In this document: positions 10,269-22,364 of the stretch, in pieces | Layout of the letters: every line of letters starts with the position of its first letter | How positions within the stretch are numbered: the stretch's first letter is position 1 | NCBI RefSeq assembly: GCF_025398735.1 | Contig: NZ_CP104694.1 | Location: 4,707,465 to 4,739,464, forward strand | From: Tahibacter amnicola | Lineage (GTDB): Bacteria > Pseudomonadota > Gammaproteobacteria > Xanthomonadales > Rhodanobacteraceae | Direction of reading: 5' to 3' | DNA length: 32,000 nt | The notes under the pieces: model-generated | Database searches by the model: none | The model's input: the letters and a program-made list of their open reading frames with translations, nothing else | Told to the model about the DNA's origin: nothing | Translations under genes and position numbers: made by a program

Positions 10269-13200
10269 ATGGCGAAACCGGCTGCTTTGTTCAGCACGCT
10301 GCTGTTCCTGGCGGGATCGGCGATGGCTACCGCCCCCGTGCCGGCGACACGGCCACTGGACCTGGTCGCCCTGGGCGCGCCGACGTTCACCAATTTCACC
10401 TCGCGCGACGGCCTGCCCGATTCGGTCATCGTCAGCATCCAGACCGACCGCGATGGTTTCGTCTGGGTCGCCTCGCCCGATGGACTTTCACGCTACGACG
10501 GCCGACGGTGGACCACGCTCACCGATCCTGAACTCGCCTCCTCCGCGGTTCATCTACTGCGCGACCACGAAGGCACGCTCTGGGCCGCTTTCCGTGACAA
10601 CGGCATTGCCCGTTACGATGGCCGACGCTGGGAGGTCGAGAATCGCGGGACAGGTCTGCCATCGCAGCAGATTCGGCGGCTGGTCGACATCCGCAATTCC
10701 GATGACAGCTGGACCCTCTGGGCCCTGACCTGGGACCAGGGATTGCTGCGGCGGGAAAACGGCCGCTGGCACGCCGACGCCGGAAATGCACAATTGCCAC
10801 ATGGCGCCGTTATCTCTTTTGCACGCACATCGCACATTGGCGGAACCGAACGGCAGTGGGCCGGCACGGGCAATGACGGTTTATGGTATCGCTCGCCCGG
10901 GCAAGCCTGGACGAAATTCCGTCAGGCCGATTTCGATCCAGCGCAGATCGAGTACGTCCTGCAGACCGGCAAGGCAGAGCAGGAGGCCCTGTGGGTCTCG
11001 GGTTTCGGCTCCGGCCTGTGGCGACTGAGCCAGGCAGGCCTGCGCAAGTGGTCGCGGGAACTGGGCGATTTCCCCTCCAACGATCTCTACGACATCGCCG
11101 AAACCCCGCAGTCGGACGGGGAGTCCACCATCTGGGTGTCGTCGCGGGCCGGCCTGATCCGCATCTACCACGACCAGGTGCAGGTGTTCGACCGGCGCCA
11201 CGGCCTGCCGTCAAACGTGGTCCGTGAGATTGGGGCGTGGCGCAGTCCCAACGATGACAACGTCCTGTGGCTCGCCACCGAATCCGGGGTGTCACGCACG
11301 CTGGTCGGCGCCAATCAGTGGCTCACGGCATCGCTCATGGGCGCGCAGGCAACCGGTGTCTTTGCCCTGCTCGTCGAGCCCGATGGCCGCAACGGCGAAC
11401 GTCTGTGGGTCGGCGCCAGCGACGACGGACTGGGTCTCTACGAGAACGGCCGGTGGCGCTATTTCACGCAGGCAAACGGTGCATTGCCCGAGTCCACCGT
11501 GCGCATGATCCGCTCGGTGCCCGACAAGGACGGAACGCCGGTGCTCTGGATCGGCCTGCGTTTCGGCCACCTGTTGCGCGTCGGCGACGGCCCCACGTTC
11601 ACGCCGGTCAGCGTTCCCTGGCCACAGCACGTCGGCCAGGCATTGCTCGACCTGCTCACTCGCACTGTGGACGGGCACTACGAGCAATGGTTTGCTACGC
11701 GCCAATCCGGCACGTATCGCCTGCGCGACGGTCGATGGACTGCACTGCGGCCGTCGAACGCCGCCGGGCAATGGCGCGTCAACCGGTTGCTGGAACAGAT
11801 CGATGCCAGCGGCCGTTCGCAATTGTGGGCCATCAGCAACCAGGGGCTGGCGCGCCTGGATGGCGAAACGTGGACCTTGCTCGGTCGCGATGTGGGACTG
11901 CCGGATACGGATCTGATCGGCGGACACATCCTGCCTGACGCGCAGCAACGCCCGATCCTCTGGATCGGTACGTCCTACGCCGCCATTGCGCGAGTGGATA
12001 TTTCCAATCCGGCACATCCGGCAGTACTGCCGGACAATCTGCCTCCGGCACCCGACCAGACCGCCTACAGCGCACTGCCCGACAGCAAAGGCCGGATCTA
12101 CATCTGCACCAACAACGGCGTACAGCGGCTCACCCCCACTGGCAACGGTTACGCCACGCAGGTATTCACGCGGCGCGACGGGATGGTGCACGATGAGTGC
12201 AATACCAACAGCCAGTTCATCGATACCCACGACCGGTTCTGGACCGGCACCCTCGGTGGCGTCACCGTGTTCGACCCGGAACGGGCCACGACGGACCAGG
12301 TCGCCAAGCCCCTGAAGCTGATGGACGTGCGCATCGATGGACGATCCATCCGCGCACATCCCGTGCATGTCTCTCCCGCCGCCCGGGACGTGCATATCGA
12401 GTATGCCCTGCTGTCCTGGCAGCGCGAGAATGAGTCGCGCTTCCGCACGCAATTGATCGGCTACGAGGACAAGCCCGGCCAATGGACGGCGCAGAATTCG
12501 CGCACGTTCAACAGCCTTCCGCCGGGTGACTACCTGCTGCGTATCGAAGCACGCGACTATGCCGGCAATCTCAGCACACCCGTCGCATTGCCCATCACCG
12601 TATCCGCGCAATGGTGGCAGCACCCGGTCGCGCGTACGGCCTTCGCGGGCCTCGTGGTGCTGCTGGGCTACGCCGTGATGCGCTGGCGCACGCGCGCGCT
12701 GCAAACCCAACGCCGTGACCTGGAACAGCGCGTGGCGGCACGCACGCTGGAACTGCACCAGGCCAATGCGCGCCTGCTGGATCTGTCCTACCGCGATGCA
12801 CTGACGGGCCTTGCCAACCGGCGGCGCCTGCTGGAGACGCTGGAACAGCAATGGTCAACCGGAAACGATGCCGCATTGTTCACCATGATCTTTGTCGACG
12901 TTGATCACTTCAAGGATTACAACGACGAGCACGGCCATCCGGCCGGTGACGAAGCGCTGCGATGCGTCGCTTCCGCACTGCGCGACGGCGCGCCACGCGA
13001 CGCACTGGTGTCACGCTACGGTGGTGAGGAATTCGCCTGCCTGTTGCCGCAGACGGACATAGCCCAGGGTGTCGCCCTGGCAGAACGTTTCCGCGTGGCC
13101 GTGGAAAACTGCGATGTTCCGGTGCCCGGCACGGCCGATACGCGCCGGCTGACCATCAGCGCCGGCGTCGCGTCGCGCCGCATCGGCACAAGCGCCGATG

Positions 13201-13292
13201 CGCAGCAGCTGTTGCGCGATGCGGATATCGCGCTCTACCACGCCAAGCATGCGGGTCGCAATCGCGTCTGCACCGCAGTCGATGTGCCCTGA
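10269..13292 (+). CDS. Periplasmic two-component-regulator-propeller / Y_Y_Y sensor with C-terminal GGDEF diguanylate cyclase
   Basis: Signal peptide MAKPAALFSTLLFLAGSAMA. Repeats of the type GLPDSVIVSIQTDRDGFVWVASPDGLSRYDGRRW. Y_Y_Y-like RTQLIGYEDKPGQWTAQNSRTFNSLPPGDYLLRIEARD. One TM, then FVDVDHFKDYNDEHGHPAGDEAL and RYGGEEF. SD-like GGGGG before ATG. Confidence 0.92.
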   Translation: MAKPAALFSTLLFLAGSAMATAPVPATRPLDLVALGAPTFTNFTSRDGLPDSVIVSIQTDRDGFVWVASPDGLSRYDGRRWTTLTDPELASSAVHLLRDHEGTLWAAFRDNGIARYDGRRWEVENRGTGLPSQQIRRLVDIRNSDDSWTLWALTWDQGLLRRENGRWHADAGNAQLPHGAVISFARTSHIGGTERQWAGTGNDGLWYRSPGQAWTKFRQADFDPAQIEYVLQTGKAEQEALWVSGFGSGLWRLSQAGLRKWSRELGDFPSNDLYDIAETPQSDGESTIWVSSRAGLIRIYHDQVQVFDRRHGLPSNVVREIGAWRSPNDDNVLWLATESGVSRTLVGANQWLTASLMGAQATGVFALLVEPDGRNGERLWVGASDDGLGLYENGRWRYFTQANGALPESTVRMIRSVPDKDGTPVLWIGLRFGHLLRVGDGPTFTPVSVPWPQHVGQALLDLLTRTVDGHYEQWFATRQSGTYRLRDGRWTALRPSNAAGQWRVNRLLEQIDASGRSQLWAISNQGLARLDGETWTLLGRDVGLPDTDLIGGHILPDAQQRPILWIGTSYAAIARVDISNPAHPAVLPDNLPPAPDQTAYSALPDSKGRIYICTNNGVQRLTPTGNGYATQVFTRRDGMVHDECNTNSQFIDTHDRFWTGTLGGVTVFDPERATTDQVAKPLKLMDVRIDGRSIRAHPVHVSPAARDVHIEYALLSWQRENESRFRTQLIGYEDKPGQWTAQNSRTFNSLPPGDYLLRIEARDYAGNLSTPVALPITVSAQWWQHPVARTAFAGLVVLLGYAVMRWRTRALQTQRRDLEQRVAARTLELHQANARLLDLSYRDALTGLANRRRLLETLEQQWSTGNDAALFTMIFVDVDHFKDYNDEHGHPAGDEALRCVASALRDGAPRDALVSRYGGEEFACLLPQTDIAQGVALAERFRVAVENCDVPVPGTADTRRLTISAGVASRRIGTSADAQQLLRDADIALYHAKHAGRNRVCTAVDVP

Positions 13293-13301
13293 GCCGTGGC
13301 A

Positions 13302-13319
13302 CGGCGGGGCAACCCGCCG
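13302..13319 (+). terminator. Hairpin with GCAA tetraloop after the diguanylate cyclase gene
   Basis: CGGCGGG-GCAA-CCCGCCG, 7-bp stem, 10 nt after the stop at 13292. No U-tract. Confidence 0.5.
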
Positions 13320-13394
13320 CCGGCCTGCCCGCACTCAGTAGAGAGGACCCGGCAGAGCCGCCTGCCCCGACCGCCCGTCACTGGAGCCCACATC

Positions 13395-14174
13395 ATGCTC
13401 AACTATCGTCGATTGTGCGGGTGGTCCGCGTTGGTATTCATGGCAACCCCCGTCCAGTCCGCCAATGTCGAGGTGCGCGTTGGCGGAGGCCAGAACGTCT
13501 ATGTGCCGGCACGCGTGACGATCACGCTGGGCGACACGGTCACCTTCTACAACGCCGGCGGTCTGCACAATGTCGTTGCCGAGGACGGCTCGTTCCGATG
13601 TGCCAACGGCTGTGATCGCGCCGGTGGCAGCGGCACGCCCAGTTCAGCCGCCTGGCGCGCGACCGTGCTGCCCACCGAAGCAGGGACCATCGACTACTAC
13701 TGCCAGGTTCACGGCATGCCGGTCGGCGGCTACGGCGGCGGTGTGCCGATGCGCGGTTCGATCGTCGTCCAACCGCCGGACACGCCGGTCGTCCTCGACG
13801 CCGCCTATTCCGGAAACTGGTACGACCCCGCCCAGAACGGCCATGGCATCCAGCTGGAGTACCTGGGCAACAACGTGGTGACCGCGTTCTGGTTCACCTT
13901 CGACAACGCCGGCAACCAGGTATGGCTCAACGGGGCTGGTACGGCGGACGGCCATCGCGTGCAGATCTCCACCGCCCGCGTGATCGGCGGACGCTTCCCG
14001 CCGAATTTCAATCCCGCACTGGTGCAAAGCACGAGCTGGGGAACCCTGACATTGACCTTCGCCTCCTGCCAGTCTGCGCGACTGGACTGGACGACGACAG
14101 ACCCGGCGTTCACACCCAGCGGCTTCATGAATCTGACACGACTGACGCAGGTCAGCGGCACCAGCTGCCCCTGA
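13395..14174 (+). CDS. Secreted cupredoxin/plastocyanin-like protein with a C-terminal beta domain
   Basis: Signal peptide MLNYRRLCGWSALVFMATPVQSA, cupredoxin core GGLHNVVAEDG...YYCQVHGMPVGG...MRGSIVV with His/Cys/His/Met ligand candidates, followed by SGNWYDPAQNGHGIQLEYLGNNVVTAFWFTFDNAGNQVWLNGAG. Confidence 0.85.
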   Translation: MLNYRRLCGWSALVFMATPVQSANVEVRVGGGQNVYVPARVTITLGDTVTFYNAGGLHNVVAEDGSFRCANGCDRAGGSGTPSSAAWRATVLPTEAGTIDYYCQVHGMPVGGYGGGVPMRGSIVVQPPDTPVVLDAAYSGNWYDPAQNGHGIQLEYLGNNVVTAFWFTFDNAGNQVWLNGAGTADGHRVQISTARVIGGRFPPNFNPALVQSTSWGTLTLTFASCQSARLDWTTTDPAFTPSGFMNLTRLTQVSGTSCP

Positions 14175-14269
14175 GGAGACGCAACCGCGCAATGCTCCGT
14201 GCCATGCCCGGTGCGTGGTACCGCGAACGCAGGACGGCGCCAACGCGCCGCCCTGCAACAACCCGCTGC

Positions 14270-15229
14270 TTACCACATGCAATCGACGCGGCAGCCGATA
14301 AAGTTGGTCGACGTGCGTGCGCAGGTCACCACGGCCTCGAAGCAGTTGTTCAATCCCATCGTGAAGCCGCCGCCACCGTGGCGCGCCACGTTTCGGCCAA
14401 ATTCAATGGCATCGTTGCGGTCGTGGAAGCGCCACGTATAAGGAAACTGGTCGAGCTGCGACGGCCAGACGTTGTTGGACGGATCTTCCGCATGATCGTA
14501 GACCAGCGATTTCGTGCCCGTGGTGTAGTGCAGGAACACGCAGTTGCCAGCCGGATCGCACACCTTCAGGTCGATGGTTTCGGACGTTCCCTCGAAGGAC
14601 ATTCCCACCGTTCCGCCACTGCTTCCGCCTTCGATGTACACGCCCTTGATGCCCGGCAGGAAATCATGGATTGCGCTGGCCAGATCGCGATTGAGCGCCT
14701 GGGTGCCTGCCTGGCTTTTGAGCAGGTCGCGCATGCGCTGCATGAAACGCTGGTACTCCTGGCCACGCGGTGCATCCCAGGCCACGCGGCTGATGTCGAA
14801 AGGACGCATGCCGTTGGTGCCTGCGGTGACGCCCACGTCGCCCAGGTCGACGTTGACCCGGCCATGTTCGATGAGGTCCGGGTTCAGGGTGTGGATCTGG
14901 TCCAGCAGGCTCCACAGGCGTTGCACATCCGTGTCGACAGGCATGTCGACGGCGATTCGCGTGGCCTTGGCCAGTTCTTCCGGCGTGAGGTCTTCCTGCT
15001 TGCCGGCACCATCCAGCATCACCTGGAACTTGCGCACATGGTGGTTGCTGAATCCATAGGTGAACCGGATACCCAGGCCGGGCCGCGAAAGCACCATCTG
15101 CCTGGACTGCGCCGGCGTACACCCCTCGCACCGCAGTGCGGGGACTGCCGCTTGTACGTCTCCAGCGATGCCCAGCGCCAATGCGCCGAGCAGTACTGCT
15201 CCTGTGACCAGACGAATCAACACGATCAT
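14270..15229 (-). CDS. Hypothetical secreted Cys-rich protein
   Basis: Signal-peptide-like MIVLIRLVTGAVLLGALALGIAGDVQAA, then LRCEGCTPAQSRQM. C-terminus NNCFEAVVTCARTSTNFIGCRVDCMW. AAGGAG abuts the ATG, so the true start may be the GTG 6 nt downstream (15223). Confidence 0.8.
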   Translation of the reverse strand: MIVLIRLVTGAVLLGALALGIAGDVQAAVPALRCEGCTPAQSRQMVLSRPGLGIRFTYGFSNHHVRKFQVMLDGAGKQEDLTPEELAKATRIAVDMPVDTDVQRLWSLLDQIHTLNPDLIEHGRVNVDLGDVGVTAGTNGMRPFDISRVAWDAPRGQEYQRFMQRMRDLLKSQAGTQALNRDLASAIHDFLPGIKGVYIEGGSSGGTVGMSFEGTSETIDLKVCDPAGNCVFLHYTTGTKSLVYDHAEDPSNNVWPSQLDQFPYTWRFHDRNDAIEFGRNVARHGGGGFTMGLNNCFEAVVTCARTSTNFIGCRVDCMW

Positions 15230-15530
15230 CTCCTTTGAAATCCGACTTCCTGCGCGCCGCATCAGGCGATGCAATGGCGTCAGGGCGCTTCTGGTCCGCC
15301 CCCGGGACACCGGCGAGACTATCGAACTTTGCCACAAAAGCAAATATCTAATTGCCTCATATGACACCCTGAAGTTGGCATTGTCGGCGTGCAACCTGAC
15401 GCCCGGGCCGCTGCTCCACAAGGGCTGCCGGGCACCAACGCAACAACCGCCTCCGCGGCCGGACGCCCCCGCATTGGACAACGGTACGGCGACGTCCTGT
15501 CGCGTATTCAGATCCCGAAGAGCGGCTTTC

Positions 15531-18811
<3,281 letters not shown>

Positions 18812-18826
18812 CTACGGAGACCCCTC

Positions 18827-19669
18827 ATGGCGAAGAAAGGCTGGGCCGCGTTTCCCTACCCCGACAAGGCGTTCGACTACGCCGGCGACAAGCTCGCCAA
18901 ATCCTGGAAAACGCTGCACGCGGGGGATGTGGAACCCTTTCCCGACGAAAAGCACGTCGCCGCCCTCCTCAAGCGCAATCCCAAGCTCGGCAAGGACGTC
19001 GCCGCGATAGCGGCGGACCTGCAGGAAGCCTGGCGCGAATTCCACCGCGGCGATTTCGAAGCCGCCTTCGAACGCGGCAAGGGTCTCAAGGCGCTGGGCG
19101 CGTCGGTGGCGATCAAGGCCGGCGGCATCCACGCCACCTACCTGCTGGAGGGCGACAAGGAAAAGCTCACCCGCTATGAACTGCTGGCAAAGATGGCCGA
19201 CGAGGCCATCGCCGCACTGCCCGACGAGGTCAACAGCCACTATCGCCGGGCCTATGCGCTGGGCCGCTACAGCCAGTGCATCTCCATCACCAAGGCGCTG
19301 ACCCAGGGCCTGGCCGGCAAAGTGAAAGAGTCGCTGGACGCGACGCTCGCGCTGGCACCCAGGCATGCCGAGGCGCAGACGGCGCTGGGCCTCTACCACG
19401 CGGAAATCGTGGGCAAGGTCGGTGGCATGCTGGCCAAGCTGACCTACGGCGCCAGCGCCGGCGTAGCCGAAAAACACCTCAAGGAAGCCACCAGGCTCAC
19501 GCCCGCCTCGCCGATTGCCTGGATCGAATACGGCAACGGACTGATGCTGCTGCACGGCGACGACAAGGAAGACGACGTGGCCGAGGCCTTCGCCAAGGCG
19601 GCCAAGCTCAAGCCGCACGATGCAATGGAGGCACTGGACGCGGCCTGGGCCAAGGAACAGCTGGCCTGA
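18827..19669 (+). CDS. TPR-like hypothetical protein
   Basis: 280 aa MAKKGWAAFPYPDKAFDYAGDKLAKSWKTLHAGD..., with helix-pair repeats such as VKESLDATLALAPRHAEAQTALGLYHAEI and AEKHLKEATRLTPASPIAWIEYGNGL. Confidence 0.8.
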   Translation: MAKKGWAAFPYPDKAFDYAGDKLAKSWKTLHAGDVEPFPDEKHVAALLKRNPKLGKDVAAIAADLQEAWREFHRGDFEAAFERGKGLKALGASVAIKAGGIHATYLLEGDKEKLTRYELLAKMADEAIAALPDEVNSHYRRAYALGRYSQCISITKALTQGLAGKVKESLDATLALAPRHAEAQTALGLYHAEIVGKVGGMLAKLTYGASAGVAEKHLKEATRLTPASPIAWIEYGNGLMLLHGDDKEDDVAEAFAKAAKLKPHDAMEALDAAWAKEQLA

Positions 19670-19680
19670 TCGCTCCGCCG

Positions 19681-19713
19681 CGTCGCGCCGGATCTTTCAC
19701 GACCGGCGCGACG
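19681..19713 (+). terminator. Hairpin downstream of the TPR-like gene
   Basis: CGTCGCGCCGG-(atctttcacga)-CCGGCGCGACG, perfect 11-bp stem 12 nt after the stop. Confidence 0.6.
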
Positions 19714-19750
19714 TGCCGATAATGCGGACAACCTTCCGGAAAGTCCCCGC

Positions 19751-20122
19751 ATGAGCACCAACAAACCCCGAATGGACAGCCAGCGGCTCGACCGCGTCGT
19801 CGCCCAGGCTCGAGCCGATGCCGCCGAACGTGAGCGGGGTTACCGCGAGCGGGCGCTCAAGATGTACCCCTGGGTCTGCGGACGTTGCGCGCGGGAGTTC
19901 ACCCGCGCCAATCTGCAGGAACTGACGGTCCATCACCGCAACCACAACCACGACGACAACCCACCGGACGGCAGCAACTGGGAGTTGCTGTGCGTGTACT
20001 GCCACGACAACGAGCACTCGCGCTACATCGACAACACCGGTTCGGGCGAGGAAGCCGGCCCGGCGCCGGCCACCTCCAATCCCTTCGCCAATCTGCGCGA
20101 CCTCATGAAGCGCAAGCCGTAG
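19751..20122 (+). CDS. yajD: YajD-like HNH nuclease
   Basis: 123 aa. CGRCAREF...LTVHHRNHNHDDNPPDGSNWELLCVYCHDNEHSRY is an HNH motif with two CxxC pairs, plus a YajD-like N-terminus. Confidence 0.92.
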   Translation: MSTNKPRMDSQRLDRVVAQARADAAERERGYRERALKMYPWVCGRCAREFTRANLQELTVHHRNHNHDDNPPDGSNWELLCVYCHDNEHSRYIDNTGSGEEAGPAPATSNPFANLRDLMKRKP

Positions 20123-21287
20123 CGGCCTGCGACGCAGCGGGAGCCGCCCGTTGCCGCCACTTCATGCCGAAGAAGGGGCGCAGCAGGTTGAACGGGCGTA
20201 TCAGGCTCACGTAGATCACCCAGCAGCCGCCCACAGTGCCGGCCAGCACGAGCAGCGGTTCCAGCACGGGACCGAGCTTGAGCGGCGCGAGCCAGTAGCC
20301 AATCAGCACGATCAGGCTCTGGTGCAGCACATAGCACGGGAAGATCGCCTCGTTGGCCTTCGGCAGCCAACGGAACGGCCGGTCGAGGCAGGCCTTGCCC
20401 CAGCCCAGAATCGCCATCAGCGCCGTCCACAGGTAGGCCGCCCGGATAGTCCGTGCGATCAGCAACACCCCGATCGGCGCATCGTCGTCCAGGCTCAGCA
20501 CGAACGGCACGTAGATCAGCCCGAGCGTCACGGCAATGGCCAGGGTCCAGCGGCGCAGGCGGACCAGTTCCTCCCACACCGCGCGGTCACGTCCCAGCGC
20601 CCAGCCGTAGAGAAACACGGTGAAGTACATGGCGTGCTGGAACCAGTCGTTGAGCAGGTCGTTGGTCGACGGGAAATGCGCCAGCGTGTAGAGATACACC
20701 GCGAACGGCAGCATCGGCAGGACGATCAGGCGTGCACCCCGCAGCCCCGCCAGGCGGTCGCGCAGCCAGGTCCCGGCGCGGCTGTCGGAGAACCGCATGA
20801 GTGCGCACAGCAGCATCGTGTACACCCACAGGTAGGCCAGATACCACAGGTGGTTCCAGGTGATGCCGTACTCCCAGCCGTCGAAGGCGTCCCTGGGCCA
20901 GGGTTGGAACGTCCAGTAGCGCAGCATGAAGTCGAGATAGCCCGGTGCCACCAGCCCGTTGCTGACGCCCTGGCAATAGGCCTGTACCGGCACGACCACG
21001 AACATGCCGAAAAGCAGCGGCACGAGCAGCCGGAACGTGCGCGAACCGGCGAAGCCGAGCGCCCGCCCGGCCGGGTTCACCAGGCCGATGGCGATGCCCG
21101 ACAACAGGAACAGCAGCGCCATACGCCACCGGTTCATGAACAGCATCGGGTACTGCAGCCACTCGCTGATGTAGCTGCTCTTGATGTGCCACTCCCACTC
21201 GGCGACGTAGAACATCGCCACGTGGTAGAGGATGAGAAAGGCGAATGCAAAGACGCGCAAGGCGTCTATGTCGTGGCGGCGTTCCAT
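20103..21287 (-). CDS. Acyltransferase family 3 membrane protein (OpgC/OafA-like)
   Basis: MERRHDIDALRVFAFAFLILYHVAMFYVAEWEWHIKS... with multiple TM segments and NHLWYLAYLWVYTMLLCAL; typical acyltransferase_3. SD GGGAG upstream. Confidence 0.88.
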   Translation of the reverse strand: MERRHDIDALRVFAFAFLILYHVAMFYVAEWEWHIKSSYISEWLQYPMLFMNRWRMALLFLLSGIAIGLVNPAGRALGFAGSRTFRLLVPLLFGMFVVVPVQAYCQGVSNGLVAPGYLDFMLRYWTFQPWPRDAFDGWEYGITWNHLWYLAYLWVYTMLLCALMRFSDSRAGTWLRDRLAGLRGARLIVLPMLPFAVYLYTLAHFPSTNDLLNDWFQHAMYFTVFLYGWALGRDRAVWEELVRLRRWTLAIAVTLGLIYVPFVLSLDDDAPIGVLLIARTIRAAYLWTALMAILGWGKACLDRPFRWLPKANEAIFPCYVLHQSLIVLIGYWLAPLKLGPVLEPLLVLAGTVGGCWVIYVSLIRPFNLLRPFFGMKWRQRAAPAASQAATACAS

Positions 21288-21437
21288 GGACAGCTCCCGG
21301 TTGAATCGCCGCCATCGTCACCGCGCCTTGCCCCGGGCACGATCGCCAAGGGATTGATTGACCAGCAAAAGTGACAAACGGAGGATGGCTGGGACGAATC
21401 GCCCCCGCGCCTGGCCCCGTCCGCCTAGAATCCGCGC

Positions 21438-22319
21438 ATGACTGATACCGCCCTCCTGCTTGAACGCTACCGTCCGTATCGCCCCTGGGTCGAAGTCGGC
21501 TTCTGGGTCTTGCTGGTCACCGTCCATGCCGTGGCGAACAGCATCACGGTGAACATGGACATCCGCCGGGTCGCGCTGGATATCCCTGCTTGGCGGCCGG
21601 TCGTCTGGGAGTTCAGCAGCAATGCGGTCATCCTGCTACTCCTGCCGGCCCTGGTCCTGTTCACCCGGCGCTTTCCGGTCGGCCTGGCCAGCTGGCGCCG
21701 GTACCTGCCGCTCTATCTGGTGGCCAGTGTCGTCTGGTCAGTGCTCCACGTGGTCGGCATGGTCGGCGTGCGCAAGCTGGCCTACAGCGCCTACGGCAGT
21801 GTCTACGATTTCGGTTCCTGGCCGCAGGAGCTGTTCTACGAATACCTCAAGGATGTGCGCAGCTTCGCCTCGATGGTGGCGGTGATCCAGATTTACCGGT
21901 TCGTCCTGCTGCGGCTCCAGGGTGAGGCCTCGCTGCTGCAGGAGCCGGATGTGGGGCCGCCCGTCGAATCGATCGATCGCCCGGACCGGTTCCTGGTGCG
22001 CAAGCTCGGCAAGGAATTCCTCGTCGCAGCCAACGATATCGAGTGGATCCAGGCGTCGGGCAACTACGTGAACCTGCACGTGCGCGGCCGCGACTATCCC
22101 CTGCGAAGCACGATCGGTGGCATCGAGGCGCGGCTGGACCCGCAACGGTTTGCCCGGGTGCATCGCAGCTACATCGTGCACCTGGACCAGGTTTCGATGA
22201 TTGAGCCGCTCGATACCGGCGATGCGCGCCTGCACCTGAAAAATGGTACTGCCCTTCCCTGCAGCCGGCGCTACCGGACCGGTCTGCGGGAGCGCGTCGG
22301 CGCCCCGGTGACCGGCTGA
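21438..22319 (+). CDS. Membrane-anchored LytTR-family DNA-binding regulator
   Basis: Four N-terminal TM-like segments, then LytTR domain: FLVRKLGKEFLVAANDIEWIQASGNYVNLHVRGRDYPLRSTIGGIEARLDPQRFARVHRSYIVHLDQVSMIEPLDTGDARLHLKNGTALPCSRRYR. Confidence 0.9.
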   Translation: MTDTALLLERYRPYRPWVEVGFWVLLVTVHAVANSITVNMDIRRVALDIPAWRPVVWEFSSNAVILLLLPALVLFTRRFPVGLASWRRYLPLYLVASVVWSVLHVVGMVGVRKLAYSAYGSVYDFGSWPQELFYEYLKDVRSFASMVAVIQIYRFVLLRLQGEASLLQEPDVGPPVESIDRPDRFLVRKLGKEFLVAANDIEWIQASGNYVNLHVRGRDYPLRSTIGGIEARLDPQRFARVHRSYIVHLDQVSMIEPLDTGDARLHLKNGTALPCSRRYRTGLRERVGAPVTG

Positions 22320-22364
22320 CATCCCGGACTCGCCGCGCGGGAAGGAACACGCTAACCTGCGCCA

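Noticed and set aside
11292-12851. 519-aa minus-strand ORF
   Set aside because: Antisense to the propeller-GGDEF gene, whose sense frame has clear domain motifs. Shadow ORF of high-GC DNA.
20151-21374. 407-aa plus-strand ORF
   Set aside because: Antisense to the acyltransferase. Composition (Q/H/R-rich) and lack of motifs indicate a shadow ORF.
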